Source of the DNA: Spirochaetia bacterium
GTDB taxonomy: Bacteria > Spirochaetota > Spirochaetia > UBA9216
Assembly: GCA_965140585.1 (NCBI GenBank)
Contig: OZ223269.1
Location: 672,001 to 736,000 of the forward strand
Reading direction: 5' to 3'
DNA: 64,000 bases
The translations under genes were made by a program, and so were the position numbers. Position 1 is the stretch's first letter. Every line of letters starts with the position of its first letter. Positions 10,019-19,695 of the stretch are shown in pieces. The notes beneath the pieces were generated by a model, which ran no database searches, had not been told where the DNA came from, and saw only the letters and a program-made list of their open reading frames with translations.

Positions 10019-10399
10019 TCAGATCCTTTTTAAGTATTTTAGTGCTTTTCTGTAAGCTAGTTTCTTTACAACGCCTGTTTCCTTGAGGTTTTTAACAAAT
10101 GATGAGGCAATTTCTTCATCACTTTTCCCCTTGGATCTGAGTTTTTGAATATGTTCACTGTTGTCGCGAAGTGTCATGAATACCGGATCATCACTGTTTC
10201 TGCTACCGCTGTTAAGAATAAGAACACTGGCTACAATCAGTAGTGAGATTATCGCGGTGATTAAAAAATCATAACCAGGATCTGGGACTAAGTGTCTGAT
10301 AAACGAATTGGGATTTCCTGCATTAAAAATTGAATACAGATCCAGAGCCATTAGCAATGCGAGTATAATGTAAATAACAAGGTTCTTTTTATTGGTCAA
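10019..10399 (-). CDS. Hypothetical membrane protein (2 TM)
   Basis: TTG start with GGAG RBS and two hydrophobic segments. Confidence 0.6.
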   Translation of the reverse strand: MTNKKNLVIYIILALLMALDLYSIFNAGNPNSFIRHLVPDPGYDFLITAIISLLIVASVLILNSGSRNSDDPVFMTLRDNSEHIQKLRSKGKSDEEIASSFVKNLKETGVVKKLAYRKALKYLKRI

Positions 10400-10458
10400 T
10401 CAGAAACTCCATCCTAAATAAACAGGGGTGTTTCCACCCCCGTTGGTAATAGTAAAAA

Positions 10459-11982
10459 CTATTTCATTACGTGCCAGTTAGCCTGACCAACAGGAATGGC
10501 TGCCCATTCTTTTTCAGCCTGTTCCCAGGCTTCATCGCTGGCTTCAGCTTCCCAGACTGTAAGACCTCTTTCCTCTCTGGTTGCACCCGGAAGAAGGTTG
10601 TCAAGTACCATGGTAATGATAGCAGTAACAGCCATACCGGTTGTGAAGATTGTCTGAAGTATGTTGGTTATAACATACTGAGCAGAACCTGCATCTCCAC
10701 TTACCATAGAGGCTGCATTAAAATGTGCAGGAACTGTAAGTCCGGCAAAGAAACCGACACCTACAATAAAGAGGTTTCTTGCGTTGTTAAGGTTTGTAAA
10801 CTGCAGGTTGGAAAGACCGGTTGCAGCAATAAGACCGAACATTGCAAAGAAAAGTGCACCTACGATAGGCTGAGGAAGGGTTGCAAGAACCATTCCGAAC
10901 TTACCGAAGAATGGAAGTACAAGAAGGATAATACCTGCTGCTCTTATAACGCGGCGGCTGGCAACTCTTGTAAGACCGATTGAGCCGATATTTTCTGAAT
11001 AGGAAGTTGTACCGTTACATGTCTGGAAAATAGAAGCAATTAAACATCCGATACCTTCAGCTCCGATACCCTTGGATATAACTTTTGCTGTAGGAACAGG
11101 TGCTTCTGCAATTCTTGCACATGAATAGTAGTCGCCAACTGATTCAATCATTGAACCAACATAACCGGCAAGCATTCCGAGAGCACCGGCTGCTGTAATA
11201 GCGTTAAAAGTCGGAAATCCCCATTTGAACGGAATTGCTGGTTTAATCCAGAAAACTGGTGCTGAACCGATAAGCTCAATACCGTTTTTCAGATTGGCTG
11301 CATTTCCTTCAGGAATCCATCCTGTAAATGTTCCTATCAGAGAACATAACCATCCGAGGATAACTGCAAGAAGAATCGGGAAAAGAGCAAAAACTTTTGA
11401 TTTTCGTGAGAAAATCTGTGAGAAAACAACGATTGCGGCAAAAGTAATAAGAGAAATCACCCAGTTACCTGCCATCCATGGTGCACCTACACTGTAGAGT
11501 GCAAGACCAATCATTGCAATTGTAGGACCGATTACAATCGGACTGAATGCTCTTTTAATCAGTCCCATAAGTCCTGTGTAGCCAATTATGATTTCAAACA
11601 GTGATGCAATCATTACGGCTGCACAAACCTGCTGAATCATAACCTCGTATCCAAGGCCCTCTGCCGCACACATACCAACAATTGCGAACATAGGTCCCAG
11701 GAATGAGAAAGTACCACCCTGCAGAATCGGCAGTTTATTACCAATAGGTGACTGCTGAATCAGGGTTGTAATTCCGGCACAGAAGAACATTGTAGAAATA
11801 AGAAGTGCAAGTTCTTCAGTAGGAAGCCCCATAGCTCCACCGACAATGATCGGGATAATAACTGTTGATCCGAACTGTGTCAGGAACTGCTGAGCACCAA
11901 GAAGGAATGCAAGTCCCCACTTGGGTCGGCTGCCGATCGGGTAAATTACCCATCCGCCGCCTTTGTTTGCTTCGTCGCTCAT
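10459..11982 (-). CDS. NCS2/NAT family nucleobase (uracil/xanthine) permease
   Basis: LPILQGGTFSF, MIESVGDY and the NAT signature TTSYSENIGSIGLTRVASRRV. Confidence 0.9.
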   Translation of the reverse strand: MSDEANKGGGWVIYPIGSRPKWGLAFLLGAQQFLTQFGSTVIIPIIVGGAMGLPTEELALLISTMFFCAGITTLIQQSPIGNKLPILQGGTFSFLGPMFAIVGMCAAEGLGYEVMIQQVCAAVMIASLFEIIIGYTGLMGLIKRAFSPIVIGPTIAMIGLALYSVGAPWMAGNWVISLITFAAIVVFSQIFSRKSKVFALFPILLAVILGWLCSLIGTFTGWIPEGNAANLKNGIELIGSAPVFWIKPAIPFKWGFPTFNAITAAGALGMLAGYVGSMIESVGDYYSCARIAEAPVPTAKVISKGIGAEGIGCLIASIFQTCNGTTSYSENIGSIGLTRVASRRVIRAAGIILLVLPFFGKFGMVLATLPQPIVGALFFAMFGLIAATGLSNLQFTNLNNARNLFIVGVGFFAGLTVPAHFNAASMVSGDAGSAQYVITNILQTIFTTGMAVTAIITMVLDNLLPGATREERGLTVWEAEASDEAWEQAEKEWAAIPVGQANWHVMK

Positions 11983-12375
11983 AAATCCTCCAAAAAAATA
12001 TTTTTCAGGATGATAAACATCCTGTTACTCCCTATATAAAAATTGTTGCAGTATTCTGGATTATTAAGTTCGTCGAAAGTGTGTGTGGTGTGTGATAGAA
12101 AAAAACTTCTGGTGTTAAACATCATTTATATAGATATCCTTATCAGTTATATGGATGAAAGTCAACTCTAATAAAAGCAATGAAAATACAACAAATGATT
12201 TTATGTTATGTTAGGAAGATCCGTCAAGTTAAATTTGTTATAAAAATGTTTGCGCTAAAAAAACTGTTTTTTTCTTATATTCTAACCTTGACCTATGGAA
12301 GAAAGAGGATTAAGGTGATGGTATGATTCTGTTTGGTCATAGTCCTAGTTAATATTTCGTAAAATGGAGGAAAAG

Positions 12376-13773
12376 ATGGCAGATCCAAAAGAAGCGGCTG
12401 CATATATTGCAGGTCTCATTGACAGAGCCCACGCAGCCCAGAAAGAAATAGAATTCGCTACACAGGAACAGGTTGATGAAATGTGTGTTAGAGTCGCCTG
12501 GGCCGGATGTAATCCTGAATTCGCAAAAAAACTCGGTGAGTTTGCTGCAGAAGAATCAGGAATGGGTTTCGCTCCCGACAAAGTAGCTAAAATCTATTCA
12601 AAAGTTAAGGGAACTCTTCGTGATATGAAGGGTAAAAAGACCTGTGGTCTTGTTGAAACTGATGAAGAGAAAGGTCTTTTAAAGTTTGCAAAGCCGATTG
12701 GAGCAGTAGGCGCTCTTGTACCATGTACAAACCCTGAAGCTACTCCTTTTGTTAAGGCTCTCTGGGCAATCAAGACCAGAAATGCAATAATCCTTTCTCC
12801 GCACCCAAGAACAAAGGGTACAAACAAGATGGCAGTTGATGCTATCAGAGCTACTCTTAAGAAGGGTGGTTTTCCTGAAGACCTCGTAATCAACATTGAT
12901 CAGGTATCTGTAGAAGCCAGTAATGAGCTTATGAAGCAGGCTGACCTTGTTGTTGCTACCGGCGGTGCAGGAATGGTTAAAGCTGCTTACTCAAGTGGTA
13001 CTCCTGCTTACGGTGTAGGTGCTGGAAATGCAGTAAGTATCATTGATACAACAGCAAATCTTGCTGACGCAGCCAACAAGATTAAAAGATCAAAGATTTT
13101 TGATCATGCTACAAGCTGTTCAACTGAAAATGCAGTCCTAATTCAGGAAGGCATTTATGATGACATGGTTAAAGCAATGGAGGCAGAAGGCGGTTACTAT
13201 GTAGCTGATGCTGCTGACAAGAAAAAACTTCAGGATACAATGTGGGAAGATGGTCACACACTTTCAAGAAACATTGTTGCACAGCCTGCCCAGAAGATCG
13301 CAAAACTTGCCGGTCTTTCAATGGGTGATGACAAATGTTTCATTATGGTTCCTGAAACTGAAGTTGGAGCTGATGCTCCATTCTCAGGTGAAAAACTTTC
13401 TCCTGTAACTACACTTTACAAATACAAAACTTTCGAAGACGCAGTTGAGCTTGTAAACAGAATTACTGACTACTCAGGTGCAGGTCATTCATGTGGTATT
13501 CATACAACTGATGACAAGAAAGTTAAGGAACTTGGTAGAAAAGTAAAAGTTTCAAGAATCATGGTTAACCAGCCGCAGTGTCTTGCCAACTCAGGAGCAT
13601 GGACAAACGGTATGCCTATGTCAATGACTCTCGGTTGCGGTACATGGGGCGGAAACGTTGCTTCTGAGAACATCACTTACAAGCACCTTCTTAACTACAC
13701 ATGGGTTTCTTATGAAATCGCAAATACAATGCCAAGTGATGAGGAACTTTTCGGTACAGTAATGTACGAATAG
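12376..13773 (+). CDS. CoA-acylating aldehyde dehydrogenase (SauS/SucD/EutE-like)
   Basis: PCTNP, ATGGAGMVKAAYSSGTPAYGVGAGN, catalytic SCSTEN, GEKLSP, TLGCGTWGGN. GGAGG RBS before ATG 12376. Confidence 0.88.
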   Translation: MADPKEAAAYIAGLIDRAHAAQKEIEFATQEQVDEMCVRVAWAGCNPEFAKKLGEFAAEESGMGFAPDKVAKIYSKVKGTLRDMKGKKTCGLVETDEEKGLLKFAKPIGAVGALVPCTNPEATPFVKALWAIKTRNAIILSPHPRTKGTNKMAVDAIRATLKKGGFPEDLVINIDQVSVEASNELMKQADLVVATGGAGMVKAAYSSGTPAYGVGAGNAVSIIDTTANLADAANKIKRSKIFDHATSCSTENAVLIQEGIYDDMVKAMEAEGGYYVADAADKKKLQDTMWEDGHTLSRNIVAQPAQKIAKLAGLSMGDDKCFIMVPETEVGADAPFSGEKLSPVTTLYKYKTFEDAVELVNRITDYSGAGHSCGIHTTDDKKVKELGRKVKVSRIMVNQPQCLANSGAWTNGMPMSMTLGCGTWGGNVASENITYKHLLNYTWVSYEIANTMPSDEELFGTVMYE

Positions 13774-13786
13774 GCCTTTTGAATGA

Positions 13787-13972
13787 TTATTCAGGGCGGC
13801 GGAAATCTTTTTCGCCGCCTTTTTTAAACGGCCCTGGACAATCGATTTCCGGTTTGTAACCATCAGTCCGGTAGCAGATTGAAAAATAAAGAGGTTCCAG
13901 CTTATAACCTAGTTGGCAGCTGTCACCTTGAAGGGCTTCACAATAGTCGCATGTTTTATCATCGTTATTCAT
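13787..13972 (-). CDS. Small Cys-rich hypothetical protein, probably leaderless
   Basis: CDYC-x7-CQLGY...KPEIDCPGP. Extended -10 (TGaTACAAT) ends 6 nt before the ATG. Confidence 0.5.
   Translation of the reverse strand: MNNDDKTCDYCEALQGDSCQLGYKLEPLYFSICYRTDGYKPEIDCPGPFKKGGEKDFRRPE
13794..13825 (+). terminator. Terminator after the aldehyde dehydrogenase
   Basis: GGCGGCGGAA...TTCGCCGCC followed by T6. Confidence 0.75.
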
Positions 13973-14090
13973 GCGGATATTGTATCAGAATATTGATTTT
14001 TTTCAAAAGCTGTGGTACAGCGATTGTAATTAATTTACCGGAGTAATTACCGGTTAACCAATATTTAACTTTAGCTATGGAGGGTAAAGC

Positions 14091-15413
14091 ATGGCTGGTG
14101 AAGAGATAAGGGCTCTAGATAAGAAATACAATTTACATTCATGGAGTTCTCAGAAAGCACTAAATCCAATAGTGGTTGATAAAGCGGAAGGAATCTTTTT
14201 CTGGGATGCAGATGGTAAAAAATACTATGATATGTCATCTCAGCTTGTTAACATGAACGTTGGTCATGGAAACAAGAAGATCATCAAGGCAATTCAGGAC
14301 CAGGCTGAAAAAATGCCGTTTATCGGACCTGCTTATGCTGTTGATGTAAGATCTGAACTTGCAAGAAAAATCATCGAAGAAATTGTTCCTTTTATGGGAA
14401 AAATCTTCTTTACAAATGCAGGTGCGGAAGCAAACGAGAATGCAATCAAGATTGCTAGAATGGTTACCGGTAAGCAGAAAATTTTCAGCGGTTACCGATC
14501 ATACCATGGGGCAACCTACGGTGCGGCAAACCTTACAGGTGAACCAAGAAGATTCCCTTCAGAACCCGGTATTGCCGGTTTTGTAAAATTCTTTAATCCG
14601 TATCTTGAAAGAGAACCGGTAATAAATTTCGGCAGCGAAGAGGAGTATTCAAAATACTGCCTGGCAAAGCTTGAAGAACAGATTATCTGGGAAGGCGAAA
14701 ACAATGTTGCTGCTATTTTCCTGGAAACTGTAGTAGGTTCCAACGGTGTTCTTATTCCGCCAAAGGGTTACCTTGAAGGCGTCAGAGCGCTTTGTGATAA
14801 ATACGGCATTATGATGGTCTGTGATGAAGTTATGGCAGGCTGGGGAAGAACCGGAGAATGGTTTGCATTCATGAACTGGGATGTTAAGCCGGATATTGTA
14901 ACCTTTGCAAAGGGTGTTACCTGCGGTTATGCCCCTATCGGCGGTGCAATAGTTTCAAAAGCAATCGCTGAACATTTTGAAGATAATGTTCTCTACTGCG
15001 GTCTTACATACAGCGCACACCTTCTTGGATGTGCAGCCGGTATTGCTACAATCGATGTTTACAAAGAACTTGATCTTATTAACAATTCTAAAAAGATGGG
15101 GCCGGTAATGGCTAAGATGATGGCTGAACTTCAGTCAAAGCATCCTTCAGTCGGTCCCTGCAGAAATATCGGCCTTTTCGGTATGGTTGAGTTTGTTGAT
15201 AAAAACAATGGACCGCTTGTTCCTTATGCAAAAGATCCAAAAGGTCTTATGAAGCAGATTCTGGGTAAATTAAGAGAGAATGGTTTTGTAACATACTCAC
15301 ATGAGAATATGGTTGCAGTTTCACCGCCTCTTATTATTAAAGAAGCAGAACTTCAGGAAGCCTTTGATATTCTTGATAAGGTTGCTACTTGGGTAGATGA
15401 GAATCTGCTTTAG
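14091..15413 (+). CDS. Class-III PLP aminotransferase (beta-alanine/taurine/omega-amino acid type)
   Basis: SYHGAT, CDEVMAGWGRTG, PDIVTFAKG (PLP lysine), GLTYSAH. Confidence 0.88.
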   Translation: MAGEEIRALDKKYNLHSWSSQKALNPIVVDKAEGIFFWDADGKKYYDMSSQLVNMNVGHGNKKIIKAIQDQAEKMPFIGPAYAVDVRSELARKIIEEIVPFMGKIFFTNAGAEANENAIKIARMVTGKQKIFSGYRSYHGATYGAANLTGEPRRFPSEPGIAGFVKFFNPYLEREPVINFGSEEEYSKYCLAKLEEQIIWEGENNVAAIFLETVVGSNGVLIPPKGYLEGVRALCDKYGIMMVCDEVMAGWGRTGEWFAFMNWDVKPDIVTFAKGVTCGYAPIGGAIVSKAIAEHFEDNVLYCGLTYSAHLLGCAAGIATIDVYKELDLINNSKKMGPVMAKMMAELQSKHPSVGPCRNIGLFGMVEFVDKNNGPLVPYAKDPKGLMKQILGKLRENGFVTYSHENMVAVSPPLIIKEAELQEAFDILDKVATWVDENLL

Positions 15414-15437
15414 GATTGATCGTATCTGAAGATATAG

Positions 15438-15464
15438 ACCGCCGGAGAAATTCGGCGGTTTTTT
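15438..15464 (+). terminator. Terminator after the aminotransferase
   Basis: ACCGCCG-GAGAAATT-CGGCGGT followed by a T-run. Confidence 0.7.
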
Positions 15465-16246
15465 TATAGATAAGATTCTATCAGCTGGATACGTCTGCTG
15501 TAATAATCTTTTCTTCTACGGTTAAATTCACCGGGATCTCCGTTGATACCAGTAACTGCCGGTTCTAGCGAGTTAAAACTTTCTTTTAGTGACTGAAGCA
15601 GGTCTTTCCAGCTCATATCCGAGTGAAAACTGCTTTTGGGTGCCAATTGGAGTATTTCTGAATAATCATTTCCTGCTTCCTTTTTGATCATTGCAAAGGT
15701 TAGCAGTTCCTGGGGAGAAAGCTGGTACAGGCTGTCTTTAAAATTTTCTTTTTCAATTCCGAATAAATCTGAATAAAAATCAATAAACTCATTTTCTGCT
15801 TTGGAATAAAGGCTCTGCTCATAATAGAGTTGAGGAAGCAGTGTGAGTCTTCTCTCTTTCATATAAATCCTGCATTCAGGGCTGCAGAGGTATGTTTCTG
15901 CTGAATCGAAATCTCCGTGTTCGAGGTATGTCGAACCTAAAAAAAATGCCAGAGCAGTATCATTTGTTAATTCATATCCGTTTTTAAGTATACCGAATCT
16001 TTGTTCAATATTTTTCGAGTCACTATGGTTCAAAAAATATTCAAGATATACTTCCGGCCGTTGCGGATATCTTTCTACAGCTTTTTCAAGCAGTTTATCA
16101 GCTTTGACGAAATCTTTATGGAATTTGGCATATCGGGAACTGTCCAGAAGTCTTTTCCAGCCCGCTGTGGAGATGTAGGGAAGAACAACTCTCAGAAGGA
16201 TAACGCCTATGAAAAGTGCGCCGGGTAAAAAAAGGAACTTCAGCAT
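15464..16246 (-). CDS. Membrane-anchored TPR-like protein
   Basis: N-terminal TM and TPR-like helices (LGSTYLEHGDFDSAETYL). Confidence 0.6.
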   Translation of the reverse strand: MLKFLFLPGALFIGVILLRVVLPYISTAGWKRLLDSSRYAKFHKDFVKADKLLEKAVERYPQRPEVYLEYFLNHSDSKNIEQRFGILKNGYELTNDTALAFFLGSTYLEHGDFDSAETYLCSPECRIYMKERRLTLLPQLYYEQSLYSKAENEFIDFYSDLFGIEKENFKDSLYQLSPQELLTFAMIKKEAGNDYSEILQLAPKSSFHSDMSWKDLLQSLKESFNSLEPAVTGINGDPGEFNRRRKDYYSRRIQLIESYL

Positions 16247-16255
16247 GAATATCTC

Positions 16256-16741
16256 CTATAGATTCTGATATTTGCCTGTAACGGCATCAACTATCATAGT
16301 AAAATGACTGTTATCCTGATTAAAACATTTTACCACCCAGAATGGTTTATGTATTTTCTTTTCTTCTATAATTTCTGATTGAGGGACAACCAGTGCTTTC
16401 ATTTTATGCATGGCCGCATGATTAAGATATGTTCGGGCGGTTTTTAATGATTCCTCTTCGCTGAAATCATTTTCAAGAATATTTTCTTCAGGAACTTCAA
16501 CCTCAACATGTTTGAATATATCGCTTGTGGCTGCCTGATTATTGATCATATCAACCAGGCATGAAGCTTTATTGTTGCGGCCCATTCCGAAAAGAGTTTT
16601 TACCCTGAAAGAGAAAAAAACCCAATAATAAGGGTAGTAAATAAGCTTCTGAACTCTGGGAATGATGCTTGAAGTTTTTGCCTGAAGTATTGAGGCAGCA
16701 TCTTCTCTTGTTATTGTTGATTCAATAGCGTTGATATTCAA
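16256..16741 (-). CDS. Hypothetical protein downstream of the SSS symporter
   Basis: TTG start with GGAG RBS. Internal pseudo-repeat (YYPYYW...LVDMING-like / HKPFWV...IVDAVTG). Confidence 0.6.
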   Translation of the reverse strand: MNINAIESTITREDAASILQAKTSSIIPRVQKLIYYPYYWVFFSFRVKTLFGMGRNNKASCLVDMINNQAATSDIFKHVEVEVPEENILENDFSEEESLKTARTYLNHAAMHKMKALVVPQSEIIEEKKIHKPFWVVKCFNQDNSHFTMIVDAVTGKYQNL

Positions 16742-16757
16742 TGAAAACTCCGAAAGA

Positions 16758-16788
16758 GGAACTCCCCTGATTTTCTAAGGGGAGTTCC
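16758..16788 (-). terminator. Hairpin after the SSS gene
   Basis: GGAACTCCCCT...AGGGGAGTTCC with a short T-rich tail. Confidence 0.5.
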
Positions 16789-16805
16789 AGAGATTTTTGA
16801 GCTTT

Positions 16806-18353
16806 TCAGCTTTTTAATTTCTTGTTAATGGCACTTGCCTCACCAGAAAGATCAAAGTCTGCATTGGCAAGCATTTCTTTCGGTATCGGACCGAGGCTGG
16901 CTGCCTCATTCATTGCCTTAATAATATGCTCTGCAACCGGCGAAGACTTCTGTGTCGCAAGACTGACAACTATCATCAAAAGCCATGAAACAATAAGTCC
17001 GGCCAGCATCGGGTGGAGCGGAATTGCTGTCTTTTTGGCGATGAATGCCATTAAAGCTCCACCGACTATTGATGCAAGGGCTCCCTTTGTATTTGCTTTT
17101 TTCCACCATACTGCACATACGTATGCCGGCAGGAAGGCGCTTCCGAGGACTGAAGTTGTAAAAGTGACTATCGAGAAAACACCCGGAGGACTTATCAGAG
17201 CAACAACAAGCCCAATGATACCCATCCCTGCAACAAGAAATCTGGAAACCCATACCATTTGGCTGTCTGAGGCTTTAGGGTTGATGAACCTCTGAAAGAT
17301 ATCTCTTGAAGCAATAGTTCCAACCTGTAGAAGAATAGAATCAGCAGTTGACATTATTGCAGCCATAATAGCAGCCATGACTATACCGGTAACTGCAGGC
17401 GGCAGGAGTTCTTGTGCAAGCGTGAAGATAGCCATTTCAGGGTCTGCAAGATTTGGTAGAATAAGAATTGCGAAAATACCGAGCAGATAGGGAGCTGTGA
17501 CAAAGAAAAGATTCCAGATAGTGGAATAAACAGCTGCCATACGGGCAGTTTTAGGACTCTTCATTGCCATATGCCTTGTAACAACATGGGGCCATCCCAT
17601 ATAGCCTACTGAGAATATTAATACTGCACCTAAAATCTCTCCCCAGTTGTTATGAAACTGAAGATCCTTTCCCCATATTGAAAGATAAGTCGGGTCCAAT
17701 TTACCTATAGCGATATTGGCTGCAGTGAAGCCGCCTACATTTACGATGGTGGCAATAAATATCCACAGCATACCGACGATCATAACCAGACTTTGAAAGA
17801 AGTCTGTGTAAGCAACTGCAAAATAACCGCCCAGAAATGTATACAGCATTATAATTCCGACAGCAATTGTAAGAGCTGCTCCGTAGGGAAGTCCTGTAAC
17901 AAGTGCCATTCCCTTTCCACCGGCTATAAACTGTGCGAGGACATAAAAATATAGTAGAAATACAGAGAGCCCTCCGCTTATAATTCTGGTAGCGGGATGA
18001 GGGTATCGATGTTCAAGGTATTCTATTGAAGTGAGAGACCCGAGTATTTTAGACAGTTTCCTCATTCTGCGGCCTATAACCGATAAATTGACAACACCGC
18101 CTCCAATATCACCTGAAGCATACCAGATTGCCCAGTATCCGGCCCTGAATCCTTCAGAACCGCCTCCCAGGAACATGTAACCGCTCATGGAGGTTGACTG
18201 CAGAGTCATTGCTGTTACCAAAGGGCCTACCTGACGGCCGCCTAATAAATAACCTTCAAGATCTTTAGCTCCGCCTTTTTTTACGGCCCAGAAGCCGATA
18301 AAAACTACAACCACATAATAGATAATTAAAAAAACAAGGACGACAGGATTCAT
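16806..18353 (-). CDS. Sodium:solute symporter (PutP/PanF-like)
   Basis: YLLGGR, SMSGY, YTFLGGYFAVAYTDFFQ, GWPHVVTRHM, AAIMSTADS. Confidence 0.9.
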   Translation of the reverse strand: MNPVVLVFLIIYYVVVVFIGFWAVKKGGAKDLEGYLLGGRQVGPLVTAMTLQSTSMSGYMFLGGGSEGFRAGYWAIWYASGDIGGGVVNLSVIGRRMRKLSKILGSLTSIEYLEHRYPHPATRIISGGLSVFLLYFYVLAQFIAGGKGMALVTGLPYGAALTIAVGIIMLYTFLGGYFAVAYTDFFQSLVMIVGMLWIFIATIVNVGGFTAANIAIGKLDPTYLSIWGKDLQFHNNWGEILGAVLIFSVGYMGWPHVVTRHMAMKSPKTARMAAVYSTIWNLFFVTAPYLLGIFAILILPNLADPEMAIFTLAQELLPPAVTGIVMAAIMAAIMSTADSILLQVGTIASRDIFQRFINPKASDSQMVWVSRFLVAGMGIIGLVVALISPPGVFSIVTFTTSVLGSAFLPAYVCAVWWKKANTKGALASIVGGALMAFIAKKTAIPLHPMLAGLIVSWLLMIVVSLATQKSSPVAEHIIKAMNEAASLGPIPKEMLANADFDLSGEASAINKKLKS

Positions 18354-18487
18354 TATTCCTTTCCCCCCTGTTTTTCAGAGTCTTCAACCCAGTTCCTGGT
18401 TTTGATAAAAAATATTAATGTATAGACAAGCCAGAAAAGCGGGAAACCAAACAGCACAAGGGCTGTTACGGGTGGTAAACCAAACAT
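18353..18487 (-). CDS. 44-aa single-TM protein translationally coupled to the SSS gene
   Basis: GGAGG RBS, then MFGLPPVTALVLFGFPLFWLVYTLIFFIKTRNWVEDSEKQGGKE. Stop overlaps the SSS start (TAATG). Below the ORF-track cutoff. Confidence 0.8.
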   Translation of the reverse strand: MFGLPPVTALVLFGFPLFWLVYTLIFFIKTRNWVEDSEKQGGKE

Positions 18488-18638
18488 TTTTCCTCCGAAA
18501 TCTTTTTATTTTTTTGAGTAATGCATAACTCTGATTAAGGTTAAATGTGAAAGAAAAAAACTGTCAATACAGAAAAATCAATAACTAATCCACTTTAGTA
18601 CCACAATATTATAAAATGATGTTAAACTTTATTAGATT

Positions 18639-19529
18639 ATGAAAAAAAATGTCAGTTATCATAAAGAACAGGAATCTTTTGAAAATTTAATCAAACTAAG
18701 ATTCCCTGAAGGAATGGTTTGTGAAAGATGCGGTGGACAAAAATTCTGGGAAAAACCTGTAAAAAGAATTACCGTCTGCAAACATTGCCGGACTGAGAAT
18801 TCACCTCTTGCCAATACTATGCTTCACAGATCGCATATCAGTTTGGAGCACTGGTCCGGTATTGTCAGGCTGATGATAAATTCTTCAGACAGGGTTATAA
18901 CTGCAAGAACCATTTTCAGGGAAATACCTCTGGGATCTTACCGGAGCGCATGGAACGCATTGAGAAAAATCAGGTATGCAATTTCATATCATACAGAGGA
19001 TGAGAGGCTTGAAGGGGAGGTTGAGTTTGATGAGATAATAAAAAGAGGGCAGGGTGAAGATTACCGGAAAGTAAGTATCCTTGGTGCTCTTGAGATGTCC
19101 GGAGAAAAGAGACTGTCTCTAAAAATGGTTAAGAATCCTGATGAAATGAATATCAAGGATTATTTTAAAAAGAATTTCGATAAAAAAGCAGTATTCATAG
19201 TCGATCCTCAAAAGCTGTATTTGAGAAACTGGCTCGAATTAAACCGCTTTAAGCAGAAAAGTTCCATTACCGCATACGGCGGAAAGTTTATGAATATTCA
19301 TGTTGTTTTACAGGATGTTAAATACGGTTTAAGAAACGGGCACCATAATGTTTCTGAACAGTTTCTGCAGGAATATCTGGATGAATATCAGTTTATCTTT
19401 AATTACAATGATAACAGGGAAAAAGCTCAGCAGCTTGTTCTGGGATTTATGATGAATACGCCTATCGAAGGATTTAATAAACGACCTGAAACAAAAAAGA
19501 ACTTTCTTTCAATATTCAGTACAAAATAA
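18639..19529 (+). mobile_element. IS1595-family transposase-like gene, no terminal inverted repeats seen
   Basis: RFPEGMVCERCG...CKHC Zn ribbon, SYRSAWNALRKIR HTH, LEGEVEFDE, HHNVSEQFLQEYLDEYQFIFN. Confidence 0.7.
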
Positions 19530-19534
19530 AGGCA

Positions 19535-19565
19535 GAAAAAAGCTGACCGGGGTTTCCAGTCAGCT
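19535..19565 (-). terminator. Terminator of the preTA operon
   Basis: AGCTGACTGG-AAACC-CCGGTCAGCT followed by a T-run on the minus strand. Confidence 0.7.
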
Positions 19566-19695
19566 CAAATTATAAATAGTAAAATGGATGTTTGTTTAGT
19601 CCGTAGTTATACTGATTCGGGATGTTAACTAATTTTCAGGTAAGAAAGTCGTTAACTCCTCAAACATCAAAGTTTATGAATCAAACTTCTGTTGT

